Origin: a virus
Taxonomy: Duplodnaviria > Caudoviricetes
IMG/VR virus record: IMGVR_UViG_2775507097_000001
Coordinates: 1 to 64,000 of that record
Length of the DNA: 64,000 nucleotides
Strand: one strand, 5' to 3'
The notes beneath the pieces were generated by a model. It saw only the letters and a list, made by a program, of their open reading frames with translations, was not told where the DNA came from and did no database searches. Shown piece after piece: positions 63,720 through 64,000 of the stretch (position 1 is its first letter; each line of letters opens with the position of its first letter). The translations under genes and the position numbers were made by a program.

Positions 63720-64000
63720 CTATTCCTGGGCGAACCAGGCGCGGTTGACGTCGTAGATGTGGCTGCCGACGGATGAGCGGCTGACGGCCTCTCCGATGCC
63801 GTGGTGGCTGTCCTTGTTCTGGTCGCGGGCTGCCTGTGCGGACCGGGCGGTGGTGTTGCTGGCGGCCGCGTAGCTGGTGGCTGCGGCCTCCAGACCGGCC
63901 ATGATCTTGGCGAGGTCGCGGGTTTCGCCGACCGTGGCGGAGTCGACGCCCAGGGAGCCGATGCCGTCAGCGACCTGTCCGGTGTCCCGGGCCTCTTCGA
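63720..64000 (-). CDS. Helical protein upstream of TraB-like gene (5' end outside window)
   Basis: Open frame to window edge: ...VDSATVGETRDLAKIMAGL...NRAWFAQE. Confidence 0.7.
   Translation of the reverse strand, partial: EEARDTGQVADGIGSLGVDSATVGETRDLAKIMAGLEAAATSYAAASNTTARSAQAARDQNKDSHHGIGEAVSRSSVGSHIYDVNRAWFAQE

Larger units (their letters stand above)
1..64000. mobile_element. Temperate siphovirus-type phage-plasmid (Rep, ParAB, Cre-like recombinase, TraB-like translocase); boundaries lie outside the window
   Basis: Full virion gene set plus Rep/ParA/ParB and FtsK/TraB; no host housekeeping genes, att site or element end seen. Confidence 0.8.

Noticed and set aside
1-64000. CRISPR array, tRNA or rRNA genes
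   Set aside because: No regularly spaced repeat-spacer array and no recognisable tRNA/rRNA seen by eye
1-64000. G/C strand-skew switches as a marker of the origin
   Set aside because: Skew flips several times in a gene-block pattern; needs computation on the full replicon

Overview
High-GC actinomycete (most likely Streptomyces) element with no host housekeeping genes in the window. It combines (i) a complete long-tailed siphophage morphogenesis and lysis module on the minus strand (~26.9-54.9 kb: HNH, terminase, portal, minor capsid, scaffold, Prp-like protease, capsid, head-tail, tail tube, chaperones, tape measure, minor tails, papain-like peptidase, amidase, holin), (ii) a plasmid-type maintenance module (~8.2-13.5 kb: HTH Rep containing two tandem DnaA boxes and an AT-rich stretch, two DciA/DUF721-like genes, ParA, ParB and three perfect 18-bp palindromes), (iii) phage early genes (SSB, three WhiB-like proteins, RusA-like, Rad52/Sak-like, a Cre-like tyrosine recombinase and a catalytically defective one), and (iv) a Streptomyces-plasmid-type FtsK/TraB translocase at the right end. 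The best reading is a temperate phage-plasmid that may also be conjugative; both ends run out of the window. The most unusual signals are a ParA whose Walker A' block precedes its Walker A block, a phage-encoded Prp protease flanked by scaffold and capsid genes sharing an N-terminal WFxLxRH motif, a DnaA-box origin plus tandem DciA-like loaders, and a structured RNA with segmented complementarity to the rep leader. All functional calls come from motif recognition and gene context by eye; no database searches were run.
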